Assembly: GCF_004010195.1 (NCBI RefSeq)
Contig: NC_057718.1
Location: 88,802,229 to 88,866,228 of the forward strand
Direction of reading: 5' to 3'
DNA length: 64,000 nt
Source of the DNA: Chiloscyllium plagiosum
Lineage: Eukaryota
Under the pieces are notes generated by a model that searched no databases, was not told where the DNA came from, and was given only the letters and a program-made list of their open reading frames with translations. A program made the translations under genes and the position numbers. Position 1 is the stretch's first letter; each line of letters begins with the position of its first letter. Positions 36,926-50,877 of this stretch are shown in pieces.

Positions 36926-38262
36926 TCTATCAGTCGCTGTCTGATGACAGGACGGATTTTCATCTGCAAACTTGTGCCCCACTCTCCTGCGCATACAACA
37001 CCGGAGACAGCAGTGATCACTTCATTGACTTTTCTGCAATGAAAGTCAGAATGCTCGGGTGATCCGCCATAGGAGATTGCTGTCTAGGGAGTGGAATCAC
37101 AAATCTGGCCACATTACTTCTGAGTCAGTAGATGATAAATATAACCCCCAAATTCAAATGTTTGTATTTAGATAGAGTTAATGAAGGAGTAGAGTTCACC
37201 TGGCTTCGGGAAGGAGATTGAAGGGGCTACTGGGACCTGTGGCTCAGGAGAGAGGACTTTCTCAGGTGGTTAGGAGTCTAGTGTTATCAGGCAGGAGCAT
37301 GTTTAATCAGTTCCTCCGTGTAAACTGGAACCAATACTTCATACAACCAAGAATTATTGAACTCCCAGCACCATGAGCGATGAATCTTATTGATACATAC
37401 GTTCACACTAATTCAGATTCTGAATTGAAAATATTATCTGGCTCCTCCCAACTCCCCATCATCAAGTCACCTCTTGTTTCTTTTCCACAGCCTTAACAGA
37501 GACGGGAAGTTGCAAGTTTTTGTTATGTCCAGCTGATTCAGAGTTAAAACCTAAACTTGCAGATAAAGCTTCTCAAGCACTGCTGCACACAGTAATAGAA
37601 ATCGAGAGCCTCCCAGGATGAAAATCTTTCTTCACCAGACTTGTAAATTCATTTCCACCAAAGGCTGTTTTCAGACTTTTTTTTTCTCTCTCTCGAAAAT
37701 GTTTATAAACTCGAAGGTAAGGGAGACTGATGCTGGAGAATGGAATTCGTGACATTTAGGAATCAAACAGTCCCATGTTAGGAATAGCACAGGTAAATGG
37801 ACAGATAGCTCCCTCTATTCAGTCTTAAATAAATTAAAAGCATACTTCAGGGGATCCCAAAGTGCTTTGGTGCTGAAGCACTTTTGAAATGCAGTGACTT
37901 TGTAATATAGCCAATTTCTGCAAGCTCTCACAACAGCATTAAGTTAAGGACTACATAATCTGTTTAGTTGATGTTGTTTGAGCAATAAACATCGTCTAGG
38001 ACAGGAAGGACACCTACTCGTCTTACTGTTGCAGGACCACATACAGCCACTTGAGGGCGTTTAAACTCTCATCCTAATGTTGGCATCGCCAACACTGCAG
38101 CACTCCCTCAATAATGTACTCAGATGTCAGCTTAGATTCTATGCTTATGTCACTGGAACTGCTTTTGACACAAAGTCTAAAGCCTATTGACTGTCTCTTT
38201 AAAGAAATGAATCACCTCCAGTCTAAGAAGCTACAGGAGACTGACTCTGCTTACTCTTCCAG

Positions 38263-38505
38263 CTGAAAGCCCAGAAAGACAAGTTAGTTAGCAAAGAGCT
38301 GCACATGGACCTGCTGAGGAGAAAGATTGCACAACTCGATACAGAGAAACAAACGCAGACTGCACTGGCGGTGGAGAGAGACGAGGCCAACTTAACTGTG
38401 CGGAAGCTGAAGAAAAAGGTGGAACGCCTTGAGAAGGAACTCGTTGCAGCACAGTCCTCTAGCTTAGATCTGAAAGCAAAACTCTCTGACACTCAGGAGC
38501 TTAAG
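38263..38505 (+). CDS. CCDC170: CCDC170 internal coding exon
   Basis: tcttccAG acceptor, AAG|GTAATT donor, 243 nt. Peptide LKAQKDKLVSKELHMDLLRRKIAQL...ERDEANLTVRKLKKKVERLEKEL...LKAKLSDTQELK. Confidence 0.95.
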
Positions 38506-38877
38506 GTAATTCCAGGTATCCTCGCAGTCTTGCTACAATCCATGCACTACTACCTTCTGTTCCATTCTGCCGACGGAGGCGCGATAACAGTAATGTGTAT
38601 ACCTTTGCATTATGTTTGTTATGTTCTATTTGTTTTTACATTAATTATGTGGACTCCTTGATTACTTAATCAGCCAGTATACTCCTGGTCCCACGGGTGC
38701 CAGATATTACAACGTTTGCTCATATAGAAACTTATTATCTCTGCGTAGATCTGGGAGATAAAATACAACTGCAGGGCAAGCCATCATGCATTGACTATCC
38801 ATAGTTTACCCAACAAAGTGGTGATACAACTGTATCACTTCTTTGTCACTTCAGAAGACAGGTAAGAGTTAATTATT

Positions 38878-38971
38878 GCTTAAAAATGTGTTGCTGGAAA
38901 AGCGCAGCAGGTCAGGCAGCATCAAAGGAGAAGGAGAATCGACATCTGCAGTTCTCACTTCCTCCTAGTTC
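38878..38971. mobile_element. Mini Penelope-derived inverted insertion
   Basis: pLTR sequence tgtgttgctggaaaagcgcagcaggtcaggcagcatc. 14-bp TSD AAGAGTTAATTATT (38864-38877 / 38972-38985). Confidence 0.78.
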
Positions 38972-39325
38972 AAGAGTTAATTATTATCAGGCACAGAAAC
39001 TGACTGGAAAGGATCAGCAAGTTTCCTTCTTTAAAGGACATTTGTGATCCACTTTATAACACGGTCCTTTTTACTGTTGCCTGCTTTCTAAAGCTGAATT
39101 CATATTTGAAGTGGTCACAGTGGGTTTTGAACTAATCCAGGAGCATAACCATACAACGTTACGCTGAATTAGTTGGTTGGTGTTGAAATGTAGTCCCAGC
39201 TGTGTAGTGGGATGTCAGATGAGTGTTTGCATTGCTTTCCTTGGTTTCATGGAAAATCCTCTTGTTGGTTATTTTGTGCTCAATTCCATTCAATAGCAGT
39301 GCCTTTCACTGTGATGTCCCTGCAG

Positions 39326-39562
39326 ATCAAAACGCTGGAGCAGAGCAAAACGATAGATGAGCTGAATAAATCTGTGAGGAAGCTGGAGACCTTGAAGGAA
39401 ACAGCCATAGAAAAGCTCAACGCCACAAAATCAGACCTGGACTTCACTGAGCTTGAGGCAAAGGAGGAGAAAGAGCGAGCCCAGAACATTCTGGAAGCTG
39501 TGGGCAGCGAGCTGAAGACACTCAAACAAGCCCTGCAGGAAGTGGCCAGAAGAGAGAGACAG
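39326..39562 (+). CDS. CCDC170: CCDC170 internal coding exon
   Basis: ccctgcAG acceptor, CAG|GTAGGG donor, 237 nt. Peptide IKTLEQSKTIDELNKS...EAKEEKERAQNILEAVGSELKTLKQALQEVARRERQ. Confidence 0.95.
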
Positions 39563-39784
39563 GTAGGGATAGTCACAAAAATCAAAGCAAAATGCTACAG
39601 ACAGTGGAAATCTGAAATAAAAGTGGTGCTGGAAGAGTCAGGTTGCGGTTGAAATATTTGTTCCATTTCTCTCTCCACAGATGCTGCCAGATCTGCTTGA
39701 GCTTTCCCAGCACATTTTGTTTCTGTTTTCAATGTGAAAAGTGGAATATTTCCATTTATGGAAGCAGTGAGATGTTTTGACAAT

Positions 39785-40104
39785 GGGATGGCACAGTGGG
39801 TCAGTGCCAGGGCCTCACAGTGCCAGGGCCCCAAGTTTGATTACAGCCTCGGGCGACTGTCTGTGTGCAGTTTGCACATTCTCCCTGCATCTGCGTGGGT
39901 TTCCTCCGGGTGCTCCGGTTTCTTCCCACAGTCCAAAGATGAGCTGGTCAGGTGAATTAGCCATGCTAAATTGCCCATAGTGTTGGGTGCATTAGTCAGA
40001 GGGAAATGGGTCTGGGTGGGTTACTCTTCGGAGAGTCAGTGTGGACTAGTTGGGCCGAAGGGCCTGTTTCCATACTGTAAGGAATCTAATATAATCTAAT
40101 CTAA
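39785..40104 (+). mobile_element. HE1-like SINE
   Basis: tRNA-like head, conserved body tgcacattctccc...ccacagtccaaagat, (AATCT)n tail. Confidence 0.88.
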
Positions 40105-41417
40105 ATGGTAGCTCAGTGGTACCTCAAATATCTCAAAATCAGAATTCTAATGGGTTAGCTTCCACTCCCGAGTCTTGAGCACCTCATGTAGGGTGATATT
40201 GTAGTGCAATCATAAGGAAGGGCTGTGTTGTCGATGGTACATGCTGCCTTTGGGGTGAAATGTTAAACCAAAGCTCTTCCGAGCCTTCTCAATGGGGAAA
40301 GGATGCCATGCCTGTTCAAAGAAGAGCCAGAGAGGTTTTCTGGAACTGTGATCAACATTTACCCCTCAACCTGCAGATGATCCGCTCATTATTCCAGTCT
40401 GTTTGTAGGCTGTTCTTATGGGTACATTGTTGGTGCTTCCTGCAATACGACAGTATCTAGAATTTTAAAAATACTGTGTTGGTGTCAAGGTTTGATGTCC
40501 TGAGGCCATGAACTGAGAAGAAACATTGAACATAGGAACAGGAGGAGGCCATTCAGCCCTTTGACCCTCTCTGCCATTCAGTTTGATCATTCAACTTCGT
40601 ACCCTGTTCTCACTTTCACCCTATACCCTTAGACCTGTTTAGCCCCAAGAACTATTATCTATATGCTTCTTGAAAAGACAAGTTCTCTCACTCTTGAATA
40701 CTGACTAGAGTCAAAGCACAGTTCCAGGGTTGGTGAGGAGAGGTTGGAATTCGAAAGTGGGCAGGGTCACAGTTAAATGTGGGTGGGGAAACTAGATGTG
40801 CAAGAGCTAAATGTGTGTGATGGATTGATGCCATTTTTGGCCTTTTGCAGTAACTGTTACCAGGTGGTGCTGTCAGAGATGAGCCCAGTGAGGGAAAGGG
40901 TCAACACTAAATACAAAGATCAGTGTGGCACTGCTCTCTGACCTCTCTCAGTGGAAATCTCCCTGAAAATTGGGAGGATCTTGAATGCGGTACAATGAAT
41001 GACTGCTGTAGCTGATCTCAAGTACCATCTCTGGCCACCCACTCTGTAAGGTTCCTCTCCCTCATCCTTTCCCCCAGGTGAAATTATGGGACTACTTCAG
41101 AAACACAGTAGGTGCTCCTCATGTTTAGAAGTTGATTTGATTGTGGGGTCTAAAACATTAAAATATTGTTTCTAAGATGGATGTGGAAAAGTTCTTTCCT
41201 CTTGTATGAGATTACAGAATAATGAGACTTAATCTTAACATTAGAGCCAGGCCATTCATGAGTAAAAAGGCAGACCACACGTCTTCACACAGAGAATAAT
41301 GGAAAGCTGTTCCCAAAAAGGCCATGGACACTGGAGGGTGTTACACCTCAGTGGGGCAGCGCACTGGAAATGAAGCTATTTCCACAGTCAGGTTGACCTA
41401 GGTTGACAAAAAGTATG

Positions 41418-41628
41418 TCAGACGGCATCTGAGAATCGGGAGAATCAATGTTTCAGACATAAGCTCTTCATCAGGAATGAGGGATCAGGAATGCTCATTC
41501 CAGATGAAGGGCTTATGTCCGAAACATCGATTCTCCTGCTGCTCGGATGCTGCCTGACCTGATGTGCTTTCCCAGCACCACACTCTCAACTCTGATCTCC
41601 AGCATCTGCAGTGCCCACTTTCTCATCA
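41418..41628. mobile_element. Palindromic mini Penelope-derived element with degenerate hammerheads
   Basis: Inverted arms around 41475-41497. TSD TGACAAAA(A/C)GTATG (41404-41417 / 41629-41642). Confidence 0.78.
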
Positions 41629-42478
41629 TGACAAAACGTATGGTCCAGGTGTCTGTACTTACCAAGAATAACTACTTATTGCAAGTAAACAGACTTTAAT
41701 TATAGGCATCAGAAATAAACCACCCACTTATGACTTTAAACTCTAGTCCCCTTATAATCTTCCTCCCCCGGCATGCACTTACCCACATGGACAGACGCAC
41801 ACAGAAAAAAAGAATGGATGTTGTAGATGGAGGGAAAGACTGGGAAAGCAGTTCAATAGCTCCTGTCCATGAGATTTGCTGAGATGGTTCTCGTGCTGTA
41901 TCTTTTGTTTCTTCTTTCTCCAAATATTGTGCAGGAGGCACGGGATGAGCCATTCACACTGATAGAAGATTCCTGACTTCTTAGTTAAAAGCTTACAGCA
42001 ACTACTGAAGGTAAAGTAAATTGGCTTTATTCAGCCTTAGAGTGGCTTTTGCTGTTGAGAACAGAATCAGCTCTTGGGCTGATGGAGATTTGATACTTTT
42101 TCACTGTGTTGCTCATGGCCGCAGACTGCTCAGCTGCCTGAGAACCAATCACATAGCTGTTGGCAGGCAGAAGATCTTTGTCATCAATAATTGGTCACCA
42201 GTCCACAGACCAATCAACTAGTTGTTGTTTGTACACACCCTTTGGCTCCTCCGCAGATGACAGGCCAACCACAGCTGGAACCAGCAGCCGAGCAAATGAT
42301 CTTTGCAATGAATGTTAGGTTACTTGGTTTAAAAAAATATATGTAGCAAACCTCCAATGATCCTTGATACCAAAGAAGACCTTTTCCCATTTCGGTCTAT
42401 GATTAAAAATATTCAAAAGACATGAGATGCTGAAATTTTCAAGACTGGGCTGGATGGAGTTTTTGGGGGTTAGGTGTA

Positions 42479-42794
42479 TTAGATTAGATTCCCTACAGTG
42501 TGGAAACAGGCCCTTCGGCCCAACAAGTCCACGCTGACCCTCCGAAGAACAACCCACCCAGACCAATTCCCCTAAATTCACCCCTGACTAATGCACTTAA
42601 CACTACCGGCAATTTAGCACGGCCAATTCACCTAACCTGCACATCTTTGGACCGTGGGAGGAAACCAGAGGAAACCCATGCAGACACAGGGAGAATGTGC
42701 AAACTTCACACAGACAGTTGCCCGAGGCGAGAATTGAACCCGGGTCCCTGGCGCTGTGAGGCAACAGTGCTAACTACTGAGCTATCATGCCGTC
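42479..42794 (-). mobile_element. HE1-like SINE
   Basis: Full-length reverse complement of the SINE with an (AGATT)n tail. Confidence 0.88.
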
Positions 42795-43970
42795 AATGAG
42801 TACTGTGCTAGGTTGGATTTAGAGTGGAGATAATGGTCAGCCATAATCTAATTGAATGGTCCAGGAGCTTTGAGGGCTGAGTGGCCTTCTTCTGTACCTG
42901 TTTTCCTGTCCATACTCCTGGCACAGGAGAGTTTTCCATTGGGGCATTTTTTTAAAAACGGGTATTGAATTGGGTGGCTACATCATGGCTACATGGCACA
43001 CTGTACCTCTGCCACACTTTTATAATCGCAGGGACAAAATAAAATGCCCTGTTAATGATCGAGCATGGAAATGTGGAAGAATGGTTAAACCTTGGTTGTA
43101 GAAGAATGCATGTGGTTTGTACTGATGACCGTTGCCGTGCTGTATGTTCTTGGTAGCTGCGGTTGCTTTCCAGCTCCATTTGCCCAGGAGAGGGAGTGTT
43201 ACACTGCAAAATGCGAGGCTTGTCTTCAGCAGGAAGCAGGAGAAACAGCCTCACTGGCTTTCATGGAGGATTTGTGCACCTTCCACTGCACAACAGGGTG
43301 GAGAAAAAAGTCAGGCAGCCAGGACTGCGAATGTCTTATTGCCATTTTACAGATTCAATGGACAGTTTGGGTGCGCAAAGAACCTGAGTAGAAGGCAATC
43401 AGGAGTGGAGTGGACATTTGGGAGTGGGTTAAACCCATCGTGACAATAATTTCTTAGATGAGGTTCTAAAGTCAGTTTTAAACTTGTGATTCATTAGTTC
43501 ATTGTTTAAGGAAGTTATAGGAACATCGAATACCGTGTTTGAACTGTATGGCATCAGGTGTGTATCTGACGCAATTTGGCACAGAAATTTGAAATGAATT
43601 GATGTGACTGTACAGGCAGGACAGAGTGCAACTTCACCACCCTAATTTTAACCACTTCCAACACCGTTACTGGAACAGCCTAATTCACATCCAAGTCAGA
43701 CGTTCAGGCCACCAAGTCCATTTACTGCAGGTTGGTTACCTGGTTAATGGTCGGACGGGTGAGAGAAAATGGAGGGAGCGTTACACCAGTTCCTGCTGGT
43801 GGTAAGATCCTATACCCCAGGAATGTGTATCAGGTCAGCACAATGACCATCCACTGAAACTTTAGATTTGTGCTCCCAGTTAATGAGGCTCTATAGGAGA
43901 TGAAGTTTTATAAAAGCAATTTTGCTTGACTCATGGCATCTTATGAGCTCCTTTAACATAATGTGAGCTC

Positions 43971-44018
43971 GTGTGTGTGTGTGTGTGTGTGTGTAGTGTG
44001 TGTGTGTGTGTGTGTGTG
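43971..44018. repeat. (TG)n microsatellite
   Basis: Seen directly; one interruption. Confidence 0.95.
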
Positions 44019-44600
44019 TAACCACAAGAACTAAATGTCCTTGATTGAAAACATTACTGAGCATTTATTGTTTCTCGTTTTTACTTCAACTCAGAATCAA
44101 CATAAATTAAACATTAATTACCAGGAAAATCACAGGCTACGTAAATGACACATTTGGAATAACCATGACACCGCAGGGAGTTTCTAAGCTGTCCCCTCCA
44201 TCTTTATGGCAACCGTTTCCTCTTCAGAGCTCGGATCTTCCTCAGGGAGAATTCCAAGCACTTTCCGTCAGGGGCTTAGCTAATTTTCCATGCAAACAGA
44301 AAGAGTACCTGTAAACATGTAAAACCATGCAATCTTTTACACTTCTTTCTGGAACCTTCTTAACTCTTAGCTCCCATCGATTGTGCAGGTGTGTGTTGTG
44401 TCTCATGGTCAATATGCAGTATACTTTTAAGAGACATGCTCATGATATCATCACTGGTTAGCTCAGTTGGCTGGATGGCTGCTTTGCATTACAGAGTGAT
44501 GCCAACAGTGTGGGTTCAGTTGGCTGAGGTTACCATGAATGACTCTGCTTCTCAACCTGTCCCCTCACCTGAGACCCTCTGGTTAAACTACCACCAGTTG

Positions 44601-44645
44601 TCTCTCTCTCTCTCTCTCTCTCTCACACTCTCTCACTCTCTCTCT
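44601..44645. repeat. (TC)n microsatellite
   Basis: Seen directly. Confidence 0.9.
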
Positions 44646-45419
44646 ATCTAGTGAGAGAGCAGCTCTGTTGTCCAGAAGGTCTATGGTGACTTCACCTTCA
44701 CCTTTAATGTGGAAAGACTCATCTGTACATGGGAGAAACAATGTGAGAAAGGCTGAGTCACTCCCATTAGATTCACAGCTACAGAAACTTGAGAGATTGT
44801 ACCATGTCGTCTCTTCCTGTTCTTCATTTGCCATCAGTTCACCAATACAGTAACAAGGTGATGAATCAACTGTGCTCATTAATTGGAAAATACATCTTGT
44901 CTTTCACACCCTGTATGATGTCGCTTACATAACACTATTGCCTGCACCAAACAAGACATCAAAGAAAAACAAGCATTGTAAAATATTTTGTTCTGTAATT
45001 TGACTTTGCTGCTTTTTACATTTTTAAAGATCTACTTCTTATTGCTTTCCCCCTTTCTAACCTCCACCTGGTTATAAGGTCCATTCAATTGGGATGCTGA
45101 GAGAGTGCTGCACTGTAGGAGGTGCCTTGTATCAGATGACCAGTTAGAAAAACCCCACCTGCCCTGTCAGGTGGTTTTAAAAGTTCCCATGGTACTATTC
45201 CAAGAAACCCCTAGTGACCTGACCAATATTTATCCAGCAACCAGCATCATACGTTATTTAGTCATTGTCTCATTGTTTATGGGAGCTTGCTGGGAATAAA
45301 ATGGCTGCCATATTTCCTACCTTGCACAACAGTGACTATGCTTCACCCATATCTCATTGCCCATGAAGAGGTTTATGATGTGCTGAAAGAGTTTGTGTTT
45401 CCCTGGGGTTGACTGCTTC

Positions 45420-47145
45420 AACAGGAGATGAGGGAAATACTAAACAAGTATTTTGCATCAGTGTTTAGTGTGGAGAAGGATATGGAAGTCAGAGAACATG
45501 GGGAACTAAATAGCGACAGCTTGATGGAATGTCCATATTACAGAAAAGAAGGTGATGGACGTCTTAAAATGTATAAAGGTGGGTAAGTCCCCAGGACTTG
45601 ATCAGGTGTACTCTAGAACTCTGTGGGAAGCGAGGGAAGTGATTGCTCGGCCCCTTGCTGAGATATTTGTATCATGGATAGTCACAGTTGAGGTGCTAGA
45701 AGACCGGAGTTTGGCTAACGTGGTGCAACTGTTTAAGAAAGGAGGTAAGGAAAGCTAGGAAACTATAGACCAGTGAGCTTGACATTAGTGATGGGTAAGT
45801 TGTTGAAAGGAATCCTGAGGAACAGGATTTACATGCATTTGGAGAGGCAAGGACCGATTGGGGATAGTCAACATGGCTTTGAGTGTGGGAAATTGTATCT
45901 CACAAACTTGATTGAGTTTTTTGAAGAAGTAACAAAAAAGATTGAGGGGGACAGAATGGTGGATGTGATCTGTATGGACTTCAGTAAAGTGTTCAACAAG
46001 GTTCCCCATGGGAGACTGGTTAGCAAGATTATATATCATGGAATACAGGGAGAACTAGCCATTTGGATGTAGAACTGGTTCAAAGGGAGAAGACAGAGGG
46101 TGGTGGTGAAGGGTTGCTTTTCAGACTGGAGACCTGTGACCAGTGGAGTGCCACAAGGATTGGTGTTAGGTTAATTGCTTTTATTCATTTATATAAATGA
46201 TTTGGATGTGAACATAGGAGGTATGGTTGTAAGTTTGCAGATTACACCAAAATTGGAGGTGTCATGGATGACGAGGAAGGTTACCTCAGAGTACAATGGT
46301 CAGGTGGGCCAATGGGTCAAGGAGTGGCAGATGGAATTTAATTTAGATAAGTGTGAGGTGCTGCATTTTGGAAAGGTAAATCAAGGCAGGATTTAAACAC
46401 TTAATGGCCAGATCCCGAGGAGTGTTGCTGAAAAAGATATCTTGGAGTGCAAGTCCATAGTTCCTTCAAAGAGGAGTCACAGGTAGATAGGATAGTGAAG
46501 AAGGCATTTGATATGCTTGCCTGTATTGGACAGTGCATTGAGTACGGGAGTTGGGAGGTCATGTTGTGGCTGTACAGGACATCGGTTAGGCCACTATTGG
46601 AATACTGTGTGCAATTTTGATCTCCATGCTATAGGAAGGATGTTGTGAAACTTGAAAGGGTTCAGAAAAGATTTACAAGGATGTTGCCAGGGTTGGAGGA
46701 TTTGAGCTATAGGGAGAGAATGAATAGGCTGGGGCTGTTTTCCCTGGAGCGTCGGAGACTGAGGAGTGACATTATAGACGTTTATAAGAGTGTGAGAACC
46801 ATGGATAGGGTAAATGGACAAAGTCTTTTCCTCAGGGTGGGGGAGTCCAAAACTAGAGAGCATAGATTTAAGTGTGAGAGGGAAAAGACATAAAAGGGAC
46901 CTAAGGGGCAATCTTTTTATGCAGAGGGTGGTGCGTGTATGAAATGAGCTGCCAGAGGAAGTCATGAAGGCTGGTACAATTGCAACATTTAAAAGGCATC
47001 TGGATGAGTACATGAATAGGAAGGGTTTAGAGAGATATGGGTCATGTGCTGGCAAATGGGACTAGATTAGGTTAGGATATCTGGTTGTCATGGATGTGTT
47101 GGACCGAAGGTTCGTTTCTGTGCTTTGTATCTCTGTGACTTTATG
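45420..47145 (+). mobile_element. CR1/HER1-type LINE, ~1.7 kb 3' portion of ORF2 plus 3' UTR, decayed
   Basis: KSPGLDQVYSRTLWE, SQHGFECGK..LTNLIEFFEEVT, DVICMDFSKVFNKVPH, EWQMEFNLDKCEVLHFG and RVQKRFTRMLPG. Confidence 0.92.
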
Positions 47146-47189
47146 ATACCTGCATTCCTGTTACCCCTCATCCCTTCTCCATATCATAC

Positions 47190-47385
47190 AGTGTGGTAGT
47201 GTGACTCGGTCTGTCGAGTCACACCGACCCTCCAAAGAGGAGGAAACCGGAATACCTGGTGGAAACCCATGCAGATATGGGGAGAATGTGTACATTCCAT
47301 ACAGAGTGTCGCTAGAGGCTGGAATCAAACCTGGGTCCCTGGTGCTGTAAGACTGCAGTGCAAAACACTGAGCCACCCCTGTGCC
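47190..47385 (-). mobile_element. HE1-like SINE, internally deleted
   Basis: ggaggaaaccgga...gaaacccatgcaga...ggagaatgtg...actgagccacc. Confidence 0.75.
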
Positions 47386-50069
47386 AACAGTTGTAAGTTC
47401 CACCAATGGCCAATGGGAGCTCTGGATTGATAACTGGACAATGTTCCTTTCCCCCATTCACAATGTTTCCCATTGTTAGGTGCTTCACATATTGGAATCT
47501 TTGTGGCTTAGTCACTGATTCTTTGTCTCAGGGAGCCTCCCCTCTCACACTCCACAATCCGGGAACCTTGATCCTCAACTATAATGATGGATGGGTAACT
47601 GTTCACACATTCCATATTGCCTCATTAAAACCTTTGTCTCTTGGGTTCTCTTTTAACCTTTGCTGTATAGCCATATGCTATTTCCATACGCTTTATTTTC
47701 AATTTACTTCATACAACCAGAGAGTACAAAGGAGGCCCTTTGGCCCATCACTCCTGTGCTGGCTCTTCGAAGAAGCCGTCCAGTGAATCTCAGGCTCCAC
47801 ACGGCTCTGCTCTATCTGCTCTATGGCCCAGTAAATGTTCCTTTTCGTGTATACCAGTCTGAAAACTACTGTTGCATCTGCTTCCACTCTTTCAGGCAGA
47901 GAGAGATTCAAGCCAAAGTGAGTCAACATTTCTATTCATTTGTCTATCCCAGCAATAATCTCCCAGCTTTTCCTCCATCTGTCTTAAGTTTCCCTTCACT
48001 TGCTACCAACTTGCCTCCGAGTAAAACATTACTATTTTTTATATCCAAACCCTTCCCCATTTTGGACACCTCCATTGCTTCTATCCATGACCCAGTTCCA
48101 GCCAGTTAAAATATACTGAGTGACATTGAGAGACTTGGACATTCCCAGTGATACTTCCGGGCCTACGGACAGTCAAGATGGGCTGAATGACTTCTTTCTG
48201 TACTGTAATGACTGTACGCCAGAAATTAGAGCAGAGGAATATCGTGTGTAAATGCTGAAATAGCTAACATTTTCTAAACTTGTGGGTTGAAATGTTTGCT
48301 GCAGTTAGATATCCTTCTGTTTAGGCTTCTCTGTTAATTCATCTTCCCATTGGCTCGCTTTTTATAATCTCACCATTCTCTTTCCGTGGCAGATACTTTG
48401 AATACTTATCCCTTATGCTAAGTCTTGCATTCCTACCTAAACCACAATGGTGTGCATTGCCAGTTCCACTACTCTGATGAGCCTCAGCTGTCTTTAGTGC
48501 ATCAAACTGGCTGTTAAATATTTCTTGATGTTTCTCTTTGCAAATCACCGGTGCTTTTAGCAAGCTTGAGGCAATTTTTCTCAAAGTCTCAAACTGTGAA
48601 TTTTGAAAAAGCACTGGGGTTAGGAAGCTGCCAATATGAGTGGGAAAACGTTTTCCTACATTGTACAGGGCATGATTTGAGAATCAAAGGACACCAATTT
48701 AAGACCGAGATGAGGAGGAATTTTTTTCCCTCAGGCGGCTGAGAGCCTATGAAACTCCGTGCCACAGCAAAGTGTGGGGGCAAAGTCCTTGCATATACTT
48801 AAGGTTGAGATGGATAGATTCTGATTTGGTAGGGGAATCAATTGTGATGGGGAAAAGGCAGGAAAGATAGCTGAGGAATATTGGATCTGCCTTGAATCCT
48901 GTTTAATGGCGGAGCAGGCTCAAGGGGCCAAATGACCTACCCCTGTTCCTATTTCTAATGATCTTATTGAGTGAGATGTTACCTATCTTCTTACTAAGAC
49001 CAGCAGCAGTTATTTTTAGCTCCTGTGTCCTGAACACAGGGTGGGGATTGTCTCAAATTCCCCTCATCATTTCATCAAATGGTCGCTTGCACCTTTTCTC
49101 TGTGGATTCCACTCATTTCCAATGTTGGACCTGGAGGACAGTCTGATTATATTTGATAATACTGTCCATTCCTCATAGCAATAAGCATTTCACATTTAAC
49201 ATGGTTACTGAAGTCAAAATCAATTAGCAGAATTGCCCAGAAGGGAACCGGTTAAGTCATTATCTCTATGTCAGTGTTAACTCTTCAATTGGAGTTGCCG
49301 ACTTTAGTTTTATAATGCCCAATATTTCTCATATTGTCTTTTGAATACTGTTTGTTTCTCCTTTTATACTAAAGTGTCCCTTGTTTTAATAACTTGTTTT
49401 AAAACATTTCTAATAGTATCTCCTTACATTCCGCTCTTCAGTTTGAACCCCCTTGTCACTGACCATTGGGTATCGTCTTTTCCTGTTGACTCTCTCAAAC
49501 CCTTCATCATGTTGAATGCCTCCGTTAGCTCCCTCCTTAACCTTCTCGATTACAGCACAAAGACTGCAGCAGCCCAAGAAGGCAGCTCACTGCCTCCTTC
49601 TCAAGGTCAACTGGGGATGGTCAATAAACACAGGCCCAGCCAGTAATACTCACATCCCATGAGTGAGAGACTAAAATGAAACATATTTTCCTAATTTCAG
49701 ATATGCCATGAAGTATGTAATGGCACTCACACCACATTGTCCTTTTACTTCATCTGACTGTACCTTAGGAAATATTCACATCTTAGTTGACCCCCCCTCC
49801 CCCCCCCCCCCAACACCTCAGGTGAATCTCTGCTCACTGGCCTATCTCCATTCTGCCAGCCCCTGTAAATGCCAGCTCATCCAAAACTCTCAGGCCCATT
49901 TTTGTAACCTTGACCAAGTCCCTTTCACTCTGGGCTCATTGACTGACATTGGCTCCCAGTCTGACAACGCCTGTTTAAAATCCTTCTTGTATTCAGAACC
50001 ACCAATGGCCGTGTCTCTACCTACCTGAGGAAACTTCTACAAACTGTCGACAACTATTGTCTACCTCAA

Positions 50070-50450
50070 AATTCTCTGTATTCTGTCAGGCTCATGAGAT
50101 CCGCCCTCATCCTTCTAAACTCCATTGAGTACAGACCCAGTCTGTTGTACTGTTCCTCATGTGACAAGCCCATTATCCTTGGGATCATTCTTGTAAACAT
50201 GCTCTGGACCCCCTCCAAGGCCAGCAGATCTTTCCTTAGATATGGGGCCGAAAACTGCTCACAGTATTCCAAATGTGATCTGACCAGAGCTGCCTGCAGC
50301 TCAGCAATATGTTTCTACTGTTGTATTCTGGCCGTCCTGAAATGAATGCTAACATTGCATTTGCTTTCCTAACTGGCAACTGAACCTGCATGTTATCCTT
50401 AAAAGAATCCTTAATTAGGATTCTCAAGTCCTTTTCCACGGCTAATTCTT
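50070..50450 (-). mobile_element. CR1 fragment
   Basis: EYCEQFSAPYLRKDLLALEGVQSMFTRMIP. Confidence 0.82.
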
Positions 50451-50877
50451 TGGTGATCATACATTCAGTTGTCTTGGCTGTAAGATTGAAATCCCCTCTC
50501 TGAGACTCTGACTGTCTACCTCTCCCAGTCCCAGTAAGACGCTCCGTTTAGGCTATTGTTTTGACCCGTGTGTCCTGATAGTGTCCTTGCATGGCTCTGT
50601 ACCAAATGGTGTATGATAACGTTCCTGTGAGGCACTCTGAGGCACTTTACTACATTTTATTTGTCTGGCGCAAGCATGATGAACCCAATGTAATCTTGCC
50701 ATGCTGTAAATTTATTTGATTCGATGACAGGCACTATATAAATGCAGGCAGTTCTTACTATTTCTACATTTTAAACCTGAATCCTTTTGAAGGAAATTGA
50801 TGATGATCTGCTGTGGATGAGTGATGCAGTTTAACTGAGTCCTGATTTATTAAGCCATGTCTTGATTTAAAGTTATA

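Noticed and set aside
41385..41399. Imperfect estrogen response element CAGTCAggtTGACCT
   Set aside because: One half-site is mismatched, and such matches are expected by chance in 64 kb.
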